Assembly (NCBI RefSeq): GCF_017940385.1
Contig: NZ_JAGAYS010000041.1
Length of the DNA: 64,000 bases
Reading direction: 5' to 3' (one strand)
From: Ruminobacter sp.
Lineage (GTDB): Bacteria > Pseudomonadota > Gammaproteobacteria > Enterobacterales > Succinivibrionaceae
Part shown: one piece after another, positions 49,574 through 60,307 of the stretch
Layout: every line of letters starts with the position of its first letter
Position numbering within the stretch: position 1 is the first letter of the stretch
The notes under the pieces: model-generated
Database searches by the model: none
Seen by the model: the letters and a program-made list of their open reading frames with translations, nothing else
Told to the model about the DNA's origin: nothing
Made by a program: the position numbers and the translations under genes

Positions 49574-51223
49574 ATGAGGAAACAGATTGTGTCCAAGGTT
49601 GTTGCTTTAGTAGGTCGTCCGAATGTGGGTAAATCCACATTGTTTAACCGTTTAACCAAAACGCGTGATGCGCTTGTGGCTGATTTTCCGGGACTTACCC
49701 GTGACAGAAAATATGGCCGCGCAATTTATAATGACTGTGAATATATCCTGATTGATACCGGCGGTATTGACGGCAGTGAAGAGGGAATTGAGACCCATAT
49801 GGCCGAGCAGTCCCTGCTGGCCATCGACGAGGCGGATCTTGTTTTCTTCCTGGTTGATGCCAGAAACGGTCTCACCTCAGGTGACTACATGATTGCCGAT
49901 TACGTCAGACGTCACCAGAAAAAGACCGTACTTGTGGCAAACAAAATTGACGGCCTTGATTCAGACGTGGCAACGGCCGAACTGTATGCCCTTGGTATTC
50001 CAAACATTTACCCTATTTCCGCAAGCCATGGCCGCGGCCTCAGTTCACTGCTTGACGAAGTGCTGGCTCCGGTTCTTTCCGACGGTGAAGAGCATCTTCT
50101 TCCGGAAGCAGGTCCTTTTGACGATCCGGACGTAATAAAATGGGAAAAGGGCTTTGATTTCTTGGATAATGTTCCGATGGACAAGGAAGCCGGCGGTTTT
50201 GACTGGCATGCATGGAAGAAGCGTCATCAGAACGGCGATGCCGGTGAATCCGAAGCTGAAGGTTCAGGAAACGGGGAAGCTGCGGCAAAGACCGAAGAGA
50301 AGGATGAGCATGACGGTTCATTCTCCGATCTGCCGGTAAAATTTGCCATTGTCGGCCGTCCTAACGTAGGTAAGTCAACTTTAACCAACCGTCTTCTCGG
50401 TGAGGATCGCGTTATCGTGTTCGACATGCCGGGTACAACCCGCGATTCCATCTACATCCCTCTTAAGAAGGATGATCAGGAATACATTGTAATTGATACC
50501 GCAGGTGTCCGTAAGCGCAAGAAGGTTAACGAGGCCGTGGAAAAGTTCTCCGTGGTCAAGACCCTTCAGGCAATTGAGGACAGTAACGTTACCATTCTGG
50601 TAATCGATGCCAATGCCGGCGTGACCGATCAGGATCTGAGCCTCTTAAGCTTTATCATTCAGAGCGGCCGTTCACTGGTTATCGCCGTTAACAAGTGGGA
50701 CGGACTTGATAAGGAAGTGAAGGAAAAGGTTAAGCAGGATCTTGAACTCCGTTTAGGCTTCGTTGATTTTGCCGAAATTCACTTTATTTCCGCACTTCAC
50801 GGTACCGGCGTGGGACATCTGTTTGAGTCCATTCTCAGCGCCTACAGATCGGCAACCACCCGAGTAAGCACCTCCAAGCTCAACCGCATTCTGACCATGG
50901 CTACACAGGAGCTTCAGCCACCGTTATCCAACGGCCGCCGTGTTAAGCTCAAGTATGCTCATGCCGGCGGTTACAATCCTCCGCGCATTATCATTCACGG
51001 TAACAAGACCGGCGATCTGACAGATGCCTACAAGCGTTATCTGAATAATTACTACCGTAAGAGTCTGCACATCATCGGTACTCCGATAAGTCTGGAATTC
51101 CATGACAGTGAGAATCCGTTTGAAGGTAAGAAGAACAAGCTTACCCAGAGTCAGATCAGAAAGCGTAAGCGTCTGATGGACTTTGTGAAGAAGGCAAAAA
51201 GAGATCGTAAAAAGAAGAAGTAA
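49574..51223 (+). CDS. der: Ribosome-assembly GTPase Der (EngA) with two G domains, a KH-like domain and a basic tail
   Basis: [14 protein letters not shown] and [14 protein letters not shown] mark the two G domains. The C-terminal tail is [23 protein letters not shown]. The start is ATG 49574, or GTG 49589 with the SD GAGGAA 7 nt upstream. The GTG start would give [12 protein letters not shown], closer to E. coli. Confidence 0.92.
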   Translation: MRKQIVSKVVALVGRPNVGKSTLFNRLTKTRDALVADFPGLTRDRKYGRAIYNDCEYILIDTGGIDGSEEGIETHMAEQSLLAIDEADLVFFLVDARNGLTSGDYMIADYVRRHQKKTVLVANKIDGLDSDVATAELYALGIPNIYPISASHGRGLSSLLDEVLAPVLSDGEEHLLPEAGPFDDPDVIKWEKGFDFLDNVPMDKEAGGFDWHAWKKRHQNGDAGESEAEGSGNGEAAAKTEEKDEHDGSFSDLPVKFAIVGRPNVGKSTLTNRLLGEDRVIVFDMPGTTRDSIYIPLKKDDQEYIVIDTAGVRKRKKVNEAVEKFSVVKTLQAIEDSNVTILVIDANAGVTDQDLSLLSFIIQSGRSLVIAVNKWDGLDKEVKEKVKQDLELRLGFVDFAEIHFISALHGTGVGHLFESILSAYRSATTRVSTSKLNRILTMATQELQPPLSNGRRVKLKYAHAGGYNPPRIIIHGNKTGDLTDAYKRYLNNYYRKSLHIIGTPISLEFHDSENPFEGKKNKLTQSQIRKRKRLMDFVKKAKRDRKKKK

Positions 51224-51255
51224 GGTAAGTCTTCTCAGGAATGCATAACTGCTGA

Positions 51256-51289
51256 CAGGGTCCCGGCTCCGCTAAGAGCCGGGACCCTG
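51256..51289. other. Perfect 13-bp GC-rich hairpin downstream of der, without a U-tract
   Basis: cagggtcccggct (51256..51268) pairs with agccgggaccctg (51277..51289). The loop is 8 nt. Confidence 0.5.
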
Positions 51290-51320
51290 ACTGTAAAGGG
51301 AATTGTTAAAAGGAAAAAAC

Positions 51321-51821
51321 ATGGCAGCAATTAAAAAGAACTTATGCCACTGCGGTCTTACGGGCAGGGATTACCGCAGCTGCTGCGGTCTCTATCATAC
51401 CGGAGTTAAGCTTACGGACAAATCGCCGCTGGAGGTGCTGATGACACGTTACAGCGCATTCTGTGAAAGCAACGGTGAATATCTTTTAAAGACATGGCAT
51501 CCTGATTTCAGACCTGATACCACTGCCAAAAAATTCAGCAGGGAAATAAAGAACGGCGGTAAGTGGGTGAAGCTTAAGGTTTACGGGGTTCTGGTTAATC
51601 CGGAACGGACTGAAGCCATGATTAGGTATGAAGTGTCATACCGTGATTCAACGGGTATCGTCAGAAGCATGTGCGTGTCAGAATTCGTGTTTGAAGACGG
51701 CAGATGGTTCTATACCGATGAGGCGGAAAATACGGACATGAGCACACTGCCTCCTGAACTTGATTCCGCCGATACCGTACGGGCCGAGCTTGACATGATT
51801 ACGGACGGCTCAAAACAGTAA
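51321..51821 (+). CDS. ychJ: SEC-C motif protein YchJ (UPF0225)
   Basis: The N-terminal SEC-C-like motif is CHCGLTGRDYRSCCGLYH, followed by an NTF2-like body. ATG 51321 has the SD AAAGGAAAA. Confidence 0.75.
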   Translation: MAAIKKNLCHCGLTGRDYRSCCGLYHTGVKLTDKSPLEVLMTRYSAFCESNGEYLLKTWHPDFRPDTTAKKFSREIKNGGKWVKLKVYGVLVNPERTEAMIRYEVSYRDSTGIVRSMCVSEFVFEDGRWFYTDEAENTDMSTLPPELDSADTVRAELDMITDGSKQ

Positions 51822-51844
51822 CGTTTCCGGCAGTTGGGCTTTAG

Positions 51845-51867
51845 AGTCCGGAATGCCGGGGACTTTT
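51845..51867 (+). terminator. Intrinsic terminator after ychJ
   Basis: agtccgg..ccggggact forms a hairpin followed by tttt. Confidence 0.55.
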
Positions 51868-52179
51868 GTCCTTTCTTAATCGTATATACGGTCTGCATGA
51901 GTAATCCGCAGATTACCTGTCATCGTTAAGGCATTTATTTCCGGAATGGCCGCAGGGACATGCGTCAGAAAATTTCCAGCTTCAGATGGTTTTTACCGAT
52001 AGCTAGACATTCATCAAAAAAGCGTCAGTTGAGTACATGATTTTTTACGGGAAATGAGTCAGGCATTAGTAAGATTATCTTATGGACACGGTACTCATGC
52101 ATGATATTCGGCAGTGCCGGTAATGTTTTTCCTGATGGATTTCCTCTCTTAACCTGAGCTCATATAAGGCAGGTGCGTC

Positions 52180-53451
52180 ATGAATAGAGAAACAGACGGC
52201 GGTGAAGTCGCCCGTGGCAAAGTTGATGGTGATTATTCCTTTGAACCTGTTCCGCTTTCGGCAAGAAAGGGATTTATTCCGCTTCTTTTTGTAATGCTGG
52301 GATTTACCTTTAATTCCACCGGAATGAATATCGGAGCCAAGATGGGAACCGGAGCTGACATGACGGAATTCATTCTGGCTCTCATACTCGGCGGAATTTT
52401 TCTGGCGGTCTTTACGGGACTCCTTGCCTTTATAGGTTCCAGGACGGGGATGACCTTCGACCAGCTTGCCAGAAGGTCGTTCGGTAAATCCGGTTCAAAA
52501 TTTCCTTCGCTTATAATCGCCATTACGCAGATTGGATGGTTTGGTGTGTGTTCGGCGATGTTTTCACAGCCCGTGGCGGATTATCTGGGCTGTTCTCCGT
52601 ACATTGTCATCGCCTGTGCCGGAATATGCATGACGGCATCGGCGTACGTCGGATTCAAGGGGCTGGAGATTATAAGCTATATAGCCGTTCCGCTGATTAT
52701 AGTGCTGGGGATGTGGTCCATTCATCTTGCCATGGAGGAAACTCACGGTTTTTCGGATATGTTCAGCAGGCATCCCGTAATCCATGATCTGAACGTACTG
52801 ATCGGCATGGTTATAGGAAGCTTTATTTCCGGAGGATGTTCCACGCCGAATTTCACAAGGTTTGCCAAAACTGCAAAAGGAGCCGTGATATCCACAGTGG
52901 CCGCCTTCCTTCTGGGAAATTCACTGATGCTGTTTTTCGGAGCCGTGGGCGGGGCCGTTACCGGTAAGGATGACATATTCTACGTGATGATTGCTCAGGG
53001 GCTGATTCTGTCAGCGTTTGTGGTGCTCGGCGCCAATATCTGGACAACCAACGACAATGCCTTATATACCGCAGGTCTCGGTCTGTCCAACATCTTTACG
53101 GTCAGGAAGAAGAAAATGGTTCTGGTCGGCGGATTCGTGGGGACGGTATGTGCCTTCTGGCTTTATCAGAATTTCGTGTCATGGATTCTCATCTTAAGTG
53201 CCACGCTTCCGGCCATCGGCACAATCATTATTCTGGACTATTTCTGTTATCCTCATAAGTATGCCGAGTGCGCTCCGGAACCGTTGTGTCAGATTTCCGC
53301 ACTGGCGGGAACCATACTGGGGCTTCTTGCAGGTAATTTCATAAAATACGGCAACAGCGGGGTTAACGCCATAGTTACGGCCGCTGTCGTATGGTTTGTC
53401 TGTCGTGGCGTTGAAAAGCTGTGGCGTGCCGTACATGCCGCCGGCAAATGA
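52180..53451 (+). CDS. codB: Cytosine permease (NCS1 family)
   Basis: It is colinear with E. coli CodB. Examples are PVPLSARKGFIPLLFVMLGFTF against PVPQSARKGVLALTFVMLGLTF, and GNSLMLFFGAVG...VMIAQGLILSAFVVLGANIWTTNDNALYTAGLG against GNSLMFIFGAAG...VMIAQGLLLPAIVVLGLNIWTTNDNALYASGLG. No codA is adjacent. Confidence 0.88.
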   Translation: MNRETDGGEVARGKVDGDYSFEPVPLSARKGFIPLLFVMLGFTFNSTGMNIGAKMGTGADMTEFILALILGGIFLAVFTGLLAFIGSRTGMTFDQLARRSFGKSGSKFPSLIIAITQIGWFGVCSAMFSQPVADYLGCSPYIVIACAGICMTASAYVGFKGLEIISYIAVPLIIVLGMWSIHLAMEETHGFSDMFSRHPVIHDLNVLIGMVIGSFISGGCSTPNFTRFAKTAKGAVISTVAAFLLGNSLMLFFGAVGGAVTGKDDIFYVMIAQGLILSAFVVLGANIWTTNDNALYTAGLGLSNIFTVRKKKMVLVGGFVGTVCAFWLYQNFVSWILILSATLPAIGTIIILDYFCYPHKYAECAPEPLCQISALAGTILGLLAGNFIKYGNSGVNAIVTAAVVWFVCRGVEKLWRAVHAAGK

Positions 53452-53539
53452 TGCTGAACTTCCGGTCTGTCGGGTGTTCGTGTTCGTAATCGGCCGTTTT
53501 ACGAAAAAAGCCTGTAAAGCTCAATGAATTCCTAAAAAG

Positions 53540-53567
53540 AAAGGGTCTCACATAAATGAGACCCTTT
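53540..53567 (-). terminator. Intrinsic terminator of gdhA (minus strand)
   Basis: A perfect 11-bp stem pairs aaagggtctca with tgagacccttt. On the minus strand CTTTTT follows. Confidence 0.85.
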
Positions 53568-53607
53568 CAGCATGTTTCAGATGACTAATGCATCAGATAC
53601 GCAGGTA

Positions 53608-54951
<1,344 letters not shown>

Positions 54952-55270
54952 TTATCCTAAAAGTTATTTATCTGGATTTTGTTAATACCTAAAAATATGT
55001 GTGCAACAACATCTGGCAATAACCAAAATACACGCAAATACATATTATTTTTTTAATTGCATAAAATGTCAAGAAATTATGATTAAAAGTCGGAATTATT
55101 TTCAGTGACAATTATCCGTAAAATCGGCAGGAATGCTTGATTATCAATGGAAATGAGCGTTTTTTGTCAATGAATAATTATGCGTAAATATGAATATTTA
55201 TACAGCGGTGTCTGTTTTATGAACAGTGGAAACGGCAGGAAAATTAAGTTTTTTTAACCGTGAACAGCCG

Positions 55271-55302
55271 AAAAATAAAAGACCGGAAAAACGTCTTTTC
55301 CG
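55271..55302 (-). terminator. Intrinsic terminator downstream of the 46-codon ORF (minus strand)
   Basis: On the minus strand, CGGAAAA-GACGT-TTTTCCG (plus-strand 55284..55302) is followed by GTCTTTTATTTTT. A second hairpin (TCCCCGG-ACAT-CCGGGGA, 55309..55326) lies just upstream. Confidence 0.65.
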
Positions 55303-55355
55303 ATCCGTTCCCCGGATGTCCGGGGACTGAATTATCGAATTCTGAAAATTAAGCG

Positions 55356-55496
55356 TTAAACTTCGGTCTTTTCAAAATGGATTGTATAAAGAACATGACG
55401 GCGCTGTCTGTTTCTGCGCTTGGCAACAAGTGACGGAACTCTGTGTTTGGACAGTCTGCTTGCTGTAAATCTGGAGAGTTTCAATCCTCTTTTCAT
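55356..55496 (-). CDS. Unannotated small, highly basic protein (46 aa), function unknown
   Basis: ATG 55496..55494 has AAGGA 8 nt upstream. The translation is MKRGLKLSRFTASRLSKHRVPSLVAKRRNRQRRHVLYTIHFEKTEV, with stop TAA 55358..55356. Two hairpins and a T-run follow. It is below the ORF-track size cutoff. Confidence 0.5.
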   Translation of the reverse strand: MKRGLKLSRFTASRLSKHRVPSLVAKRRNRQRRHVLYTIHFEKTEV

Positions 55497-55851
55497 GGCT
55501 GTAATCCTTTATTCTGTAATCTTATTTGCCGAATCACTCAGGGAAAGCACGTGCCGCACGGCTGAAAGGAATCGTAAAAAATGCCGAATCCCGCCGGTTT
55601 CAGACACTCTGGCAGTGTCTGATGCCACGGATGTCCGTGTGCGGTAATGATATCTGGGGGTTCCCCGAAAAAATCGGGTAAAGAGTATACTACTATCTTT
55701 ACGGTTTGTTAATTATTATTACCGGATTCGGCATCTTATCCGATTTGTCCGCTGAATAATACGTAATGACGTAACCGTACATCATTAATGTGTACTTTTA
55801 TCACAATTTTAACTATAATTACCATGTTTTTTATCACTAACTTTTTTCTTT

Positions 55852-55872
55852 AATCCGCGCCCTGCGCGGATT
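55852..55872 (+). promoter_or_regulatory. Perfect 9-bp GC-rich hairpin or palindrome 29 nt upstream of the purL start
   Basis: It reads aatccgcgc-cct-gcgcggatt. A cttttttctt run precedes it, and it is followed by gttgtaaacgttcaaat, which contains an AAACGTT core. Confidence 0.4.
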
Positions 55873-55900
55873 GTTGTAAACGTTCAAATTGAGAAGTCTT

Positions 55901-58900
55901 ATGGAAATTTTACGCGGTGCTCCGGCTCTTTCTGAATTCCGTACCAAAAAGCTTTTATCCGGTTTTGCGGAAAAGGGATTAAAGATCAATTCCGTATATG
56001 CGGAATACGTTCATTTTGCCAATGTCAGTGCTCCTTTAACCGAACAGGAAAGAGAAGTGCTGGTTAAGCTCTTAACTTACGGTCCACATATTAATGAAAG
56101 TGAAACCAAGGGTACTCTTTACGTGGTTACTCCACGCCTGGGAACCATTTCTCCATGGTCATCAAAGGCTACCGATATTGCCCATAACTGTGCATTATCA
56201 AAGATCATCAGACTCGAAAGAGGTATTGCCTACTACATCGAAGGTGAAAGCAGCGGCTGTGCTGATGAGATTCTGCCTCTGATTCATGACCGCATGATGG
56301 AACAGGTGTTTACCAACCTTAACGATGCCGAACAGCTTTTCGGTACCCAGGATCCTAAGCCTCTTGTTTCAGTTGACATTTTAGGACAGGGCAAGGCAGC
56401 TCTTGAAAAGGCAAACGTTGAACTCGGCCTGGCACTTTCCGATGACGAAATGGATTATCTGGTAAAGAGCTTTACCGCTCTAGGCCGTAATCCTAACGAC
56501 GTTGAACTTTACATGTTTGCCCAGGCAAACTCCGAACACTGCCGTCACAAGGTGTTCAATGCTGACTGGGTAATCGACGGTGTTCCTCAGGAAAAGTCTT
56601 TATTCAAGATGATAAAGAACACCTATGAAAAGAATCATGATTACGTGCTGAGTGCTTATAAGGACAACGCGGCCGTAATGGAAGGTTCCGTTGCAGGCAG
56701 ATTCTTCCCGGATCCTGAAAACCACACCTACAGCTTCCATCAGGAACCTATTCAGATTTTAATGAAGGTTGAAACACACAATCATCCTACAGCCATTTCT
56801 CCGTACCCTGGGGCTGCTACCGGTTCAGGCGGTGAAATCCGTGACGAAGGTGCAACCGGCGTGGGTTCAAAGCCAAAGGCAGGCATGTGCGGTTTCAGCG
56901 TGTCAAATCTCCGCATCCCGGGATTTGAACAGCCTTGGGAAACCGACTTCGGCAAGCCAAACCGCATTGACAGTGCCCTGGACATCATGATCGACGGTCC
57001 TCTGGGAGCTGCCGGCTTCAACAACGAATTCGGCCGTCCTAACATCAACGGTTACTTCAGAACCTATGAAGAATCAGTAGACAGCCATAACGGTCGTGAA
57101 ATCCGCGGCTATCACAAGCCTATCATGCTTGCCGGCGGTCTCGGTAACATCAGAAACGAACACATCCAGAAGGGCGTTATTCCAGTAGGTGCCAAGCTTA
57201 TCGTTCTCGGCGGTCCTGCAATGAACATCGGTCTTGGTGGCGGTGCCGCATCATCAATGACCAGCGGTCAGTCAGCCGAGGATCTGGATTTTGCGTCAGT
57301 TCAGCGTGACAACCCTGAAATGGAACGCCGTTGTCAGGAAGTTATCGACGTGTGCTGGCAGATGGGTGAGAACAATCCTATCCTCTTCATCCACGACGTC
57401 GGTGCCGGCGGTCTTTCAAACGCTCTCCCTGAACTCGTAAACGACGGTAACCGCGGCGGTATCTTTGAACTGCGCAAGGTTCCAAATGATGAACCAGGCA
57501 TGTCTCCGTACGAACTTTGGTGTAACGAATCTCAGGAACGTTACGTTCTTGCCGTAAGTGCAGAACAGTACGAAACCTTTGAAAAGATCTGTAAGCGTGA
57601 ACGTGCAAACTTTGCCGTAGTAGGTACCGCTACTGAAGAACGCCGTCTGGTTCTGAACGACGAACACTTTAACAACAAGCCTATCGACCTTCCACTTGAC
57701 GTGCTTCTCGGAAAGCCTCCTCGCATGCACAAGAATGTTAAGACCTTAAAGGCCGAAGGTAAGAAGCTGGATCTCGAAGGCGTAACTCCTAAGGCTGCCG
57801 CAGAACGCATCCTGCGTCTCCCTGCAGTTGCTGAAAAGACCTTCCTCATCACCATCGGTGACAGAACCGTAACCGGTCTCGTAACCCGTGACCAGATGGT
57901 CGGTCCATGGCAGGTTCCGGTTGCTGACTGCGGCGTAACCGCAGCTTCATACGACACCTACTACGGTGAAGCCATGGCAATGGGTGAAAGAACTCCGGTT
58001 GCCCTTCTTGATTATGCCGCTTCAGCACGTATGGCCGTAGCCGAATCAATAACCAATATTGCCGCCGCATATATCGGTGACATCGAAAGAGTTAAGCTGT
58101 CCGCAAACTGGATGGCTGCAGCCGGTCACCCTGGTGAAGACGCAGGTTTATATGCTGCCGTTAAGGCCGTAGGTGAAGAACTCTGTCCTGCTCTCGGCAT
58201 TACCGTACCTGTAGGTAAGGATTCAATGTCAATGAAGACCAAGTGGACTCAGGACGGTGAAGAACGTGAAATTACCGCACCTCTGTCACTTATCATCAGT
58301 TCATTCGCCCGTGTTGAGGACGTACGTTTAACCAAGACTCCTCAGTTAAGAACAGACCTCGGTGAATCAAGCCTGGTATTCATTGATCTCGGTAACGGCA
58401 GAAACCGTCTCGGCGGTTCAGCCCTTGCTCAGGTTTACAAGCAGCTCGGTGACGAAACTCCTGACGTTAACAGCGCTTCACAGCTCAAGGGCTTCTTTGA
58501 GGCAATTCAGTTCCTCAACAAGAAGGGTTATATCATGGCTTACCATGATAAGTCAGACGGCGGTTTATTCACCACCATCGCCGAAATGGCATTCGCAGGT
58601 CATACCGGTGTTACCGTAGACCTTGACACCTTAGGCAGTGACGACCTTGCCGTTCTCTTTAACGAAGAACTCGGTGCCGTAATTCAGGTAAGAAAGGAAC
58701 ATGTTGAAGATGTTCAGAACATTCTTGCCGGTCACGGTCTTGCCAACAACATCTTTACCATCGGTTCCCTCAACGGTGACGATCGTATCGTGTTCAGAAG
58801 AAACGGTGCCGACGTTATCAATGAAACCAGAACCTACTTCCGTTCAATCTGGGCTGAAACCACATACCACATGCAGGCTCTCAGAGATAACCCTGCCTGT

Positions 58901-59785
58901 GCCGCAAGTGAATTCAAGGCTAAGTCAGACGACAAGGATCCTGGTCTTAACGTTAAGCTTACATTTGATGTTAACGAAGACGTTGCGGCTCCTTACATCG
59001 CCAAGGGCGTGGCTCCTAAGATTGCAATTCTCCGTGAAGAAGGCGTTAACTCACAGGGCGAAATGGCTGCCGCATTCAACCGTGCAGGCTTTGAATGTAT
59101 CGACGTTCACATGTCAGACATTCTGAATGCCCGCGTTACCCTTAAGGATTTCAATGCTCTCGCTGCATGCGGTGGCTTCTCCTACGGTGACGTTCTCGGC
59201 GCAGGTGAAGGCTGGGCCAAGTCCATCCTCTTCAATGCCCGTGCCCGTGATGAATTTGAATCATTCTTCAAGCGCAATGATACCCTTGCTTTAGGTATCT
59301 GTAACGGCTGTCAGATGATGTCAAACTTAAGGGATATCATTCCTGGTGCTGAATTATGGCCTCGTTTCGTACGTAACGAATCAGAAAGATTTGAAGCAAG
59401 ATTCAGTCTGGTTGAAATCCAGAAGTCTCCTTCACTCTTCTTCTCCGACATGGCCGGTTCACACATGCCGATTGCCGTATCTCACGGTGAAGGCCGTTCA
59501 GAATACCGTGATGCCGCACACCTCAGACAGGTTTCAGAAAGCGGTCTTGTAGCCGTACGCTACATTGATAACTACGGTAACGTAACTGAACGTTATCCTG
59601 CAAACCCTAACGGTTCACCTGAAGGTATTACCGGTCTCACCACCACTGACGGTCGTGTAACCATCATGATGCCTCATCCTGAACGCAGCATGAGAACCGT
59701 GTCTAACAGCTGGCATCCTGATGACTGGGGTGAAGGCAGTGCCTGGTTGAGAGCATTCAGAAATGCACGTAAGGCTTTAGGCTAA
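55901..59785 (+). CDS. purL: Phosphoribosylformylglycinamidine synthase (large single-chain PurL)
   Basis: [19 protein letters not shown]...YAEYVHFA...[20 protein letters not shown] parallels the E. coli PurL N-terminus. The C-terminal glutaminase domain has the nucleophile block ([10 protein letters not shown]) and HGEG/HPER. Confidence 0.97.
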   Translation: MEILRGAPALSEFRTKKLLSGFAEKGLKINSVYAEYVHFANVSAPLTEQEREVLVKLLTYGPHINESETKGTLYVVTPRLGTISPWSSKATDIAHNCALSKIIRLERGIAYYIEGESSGCADEILPLIHDRMMEQVFTNLNDAEQLFGTQDPKPLVSVDILGQGKAALEKANVELGLALSDDEMDYLVKSFTALGRNPNDVELYMFAQANSEHCRHKVFNADWVIDGVPQEKSLFKMIKNTYEKNHDYVLSAYKDNAAVMEGSVAGRFFPDPENHTYSFHQEPIQILMKVETHNHPTAISPYPGAATGSGGEIRDEGATGVGSKPKAGMCGFSVSNLRIPGFEQPWETDFGKPNRIDSALDIMIDGPLGAAGFNNEFGRPNINGYFRTYEESVDSHNGREIRGYHKPIMLAGGLGNIRNEHIQKGVIPVGAKLIVLGGPAMNIGLGGGAASSMTSGQSAEDLDFASVQRDNPEMERRCQEVIDVCWQMGENNPILFIHDVGAGGLSNALPELVNDGNRGGIFELRKVPNDEPGMSPYELWCNESQERYVLAVSAEQYETFEKICKRERANFAVVGTATEERRLVLNDEHFNNKPIDLPLDVLLGKPPRMHKNVKTLKAEGKKLDLEGVTPKAAAERILRLPAVAEKTFLITIGDRTVTGLVTRDQMVGPWQVPVADCGVTAASYDTYYGEAMAMGERTPVALLDYAASARMAVAESITNIAAAYIGDIERVKLSANWMAAAGHPGEDAGLYAAVKAVGEELCPALGITVPVGKDSMSMKTKWTQDGEEREITAPLSLIISSFARVEDVRLTKTPQLRTDLGESSLVFIDLGNGRNRLGGSALAQVYKQLGDETPDVNSASQLKGFFEAIQFLNKKGYIMAYHDKSDGGLFTTIAEMAFAGHTGVTVDLDTLGSDDLAVLFNEELGAVIQVRKEHVEDVQNILAGHGLANNIFTIGSLNGDDRIVFRRNGADVINETRTYFRSIWAETTYHMQALRDNPACAASEFKAKSDDKDPGLNVKLTFDVNEDVAAPYIAKGVAPKIAILREEGVNSQGEMAAAFNRAGFECIDVHMSDILNARVTLKDFNALAACGGFSYGDVLGAGEGWAKSILFNARARDEFESFFKRNDTLALGICNGCQMMSNLRDIIPGAELWPRFVRNESERFEARFSLVEIQKSPSLFFSDMAGSHMPIAVSHGEGRSEYRDAAHLRQVSESGLVAVRYIDNYGNVTERYPANPNGSPEGITGLTTTDGRVTIMMPHPERSMRTVSNSWHPDDWGEGSAWLRAFRNARKALG

Positions 59786-59852
59786 CAGTGGTTTTTTCTG
59801 AAATGTGATGTCGTACTTCCCCGACGGGGAAGTGCGGTATCAGGATAAAATG

Positions 59853-59888
59853 AAAAAGTGTCATACCGGAAGGTATGACACTTTTTTT
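59853..59888. terminator. Strong bidirectional intrinsic terminator after purL
   Basis: The stem pairs gtgtcatacc (59858..59867) with ggtatgacac (59872..59881). The loop is ggaa. aaaaa precedes it and ttttttt follows. Confidence 0.9.
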
Positions 59889-59968
59889 ATGTGTGAGGAA
59901 CTTTTAAAAACGTTTGGGAGCGACATCTGATAACGGCATTAAATCACGTTTAAGCCGGAGCGGCGAAT

Positions 59969-60202
59969 TTATCTGCGCAAGCTGTTACAGCCGGTCTTAT
60001 TGCCAAGTCTGCAGGATTTATTGAAGAATTCCTGAGCCTTTGAACCGTTCTTTGCCATTTCGGTACCGTACTTGTATACGACTGCGACTTTAAGGCTGTC
60101 TCGGCAAGACACTTCCGAGCGCTGCTTTTCGGCATGTGCATTATCTTTGGCGTGAGCATTGACGCTAAGGGCAGGATATATAAGCGCGGCAGGAAAAGAC
60201 AT
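59969..60202 (-). CDS. Small secreted Cys-containing protein with a single Sel1/Hcp-like repeat
   Basis: The 77-aa product has a signal-like N-terminus (MSFPAALIYPALSVNAHA). It ends in AKNGSKAQEFFNKSCRLGNKTGCNSL, which resembles the Sel1/Helicobacter Hcp repeat motif (A..yf.kaC.lg...gC). Confidence 0.4.
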   Translation of the reverse strand: MSFPAALIYPALSVNAHAKDNAHAEKQRSEVSCRDSLKVAVVYKYGTEMAKNGSKAQEFFNKSCRLGNKTGCNSLRR

Positions 60203-60246
60203 TACAAGCAGGGAATGTTGTACATGGATTTATGTGTCGGGCATAA

Positions 60247-60278
60247 AGAAACCTGAATGCCGGGGCATTCAGGTTTCT
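60247..60278 (-). terminator. Terminator hairpin after ettA
   Basis: A perfect 14-bp stem pairs agaaacctgaatgc with gcattcaggtttct (loop cggg). On the minus strand only a short TTT follows. Confidence 0.6.
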
Positions 60279-60307
60279 GAAGTTAATAAAGCAGATGAGT
60301 CATCGCA

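Noticed and set aside
55420-55647. 75-aa plus-strand ORF in the gdhA-purL spacer
   Set aside because: It begins at a non-ATG codon (TTG) with no recognisable SD and overlaps the better-supported minus-strand 46-codon gene in antisense. It also runs through hairpin-rich sequence.
55874-55889. PurR operator upstream of purL (ttgtaaacgttcaaat)
   Set aside because: Only the AAACGTT core and about 9 of 16 positions match the ACGCAAACGTTTGCGT consensus, which is too weak to call without a matrix score. A similar look upstream of purM (181..499) found no convincing box.
59950-60159. 69-aa minus-strand ORF in an alternative frame to the Sel1-like ORF
   Set aside because: It has no signal peptide or motif. 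The overlapping 77-aa frame at least has a hydrophobic N-terminus and a Sel1/Hcp-like Cys motif. Both remain low confidence.
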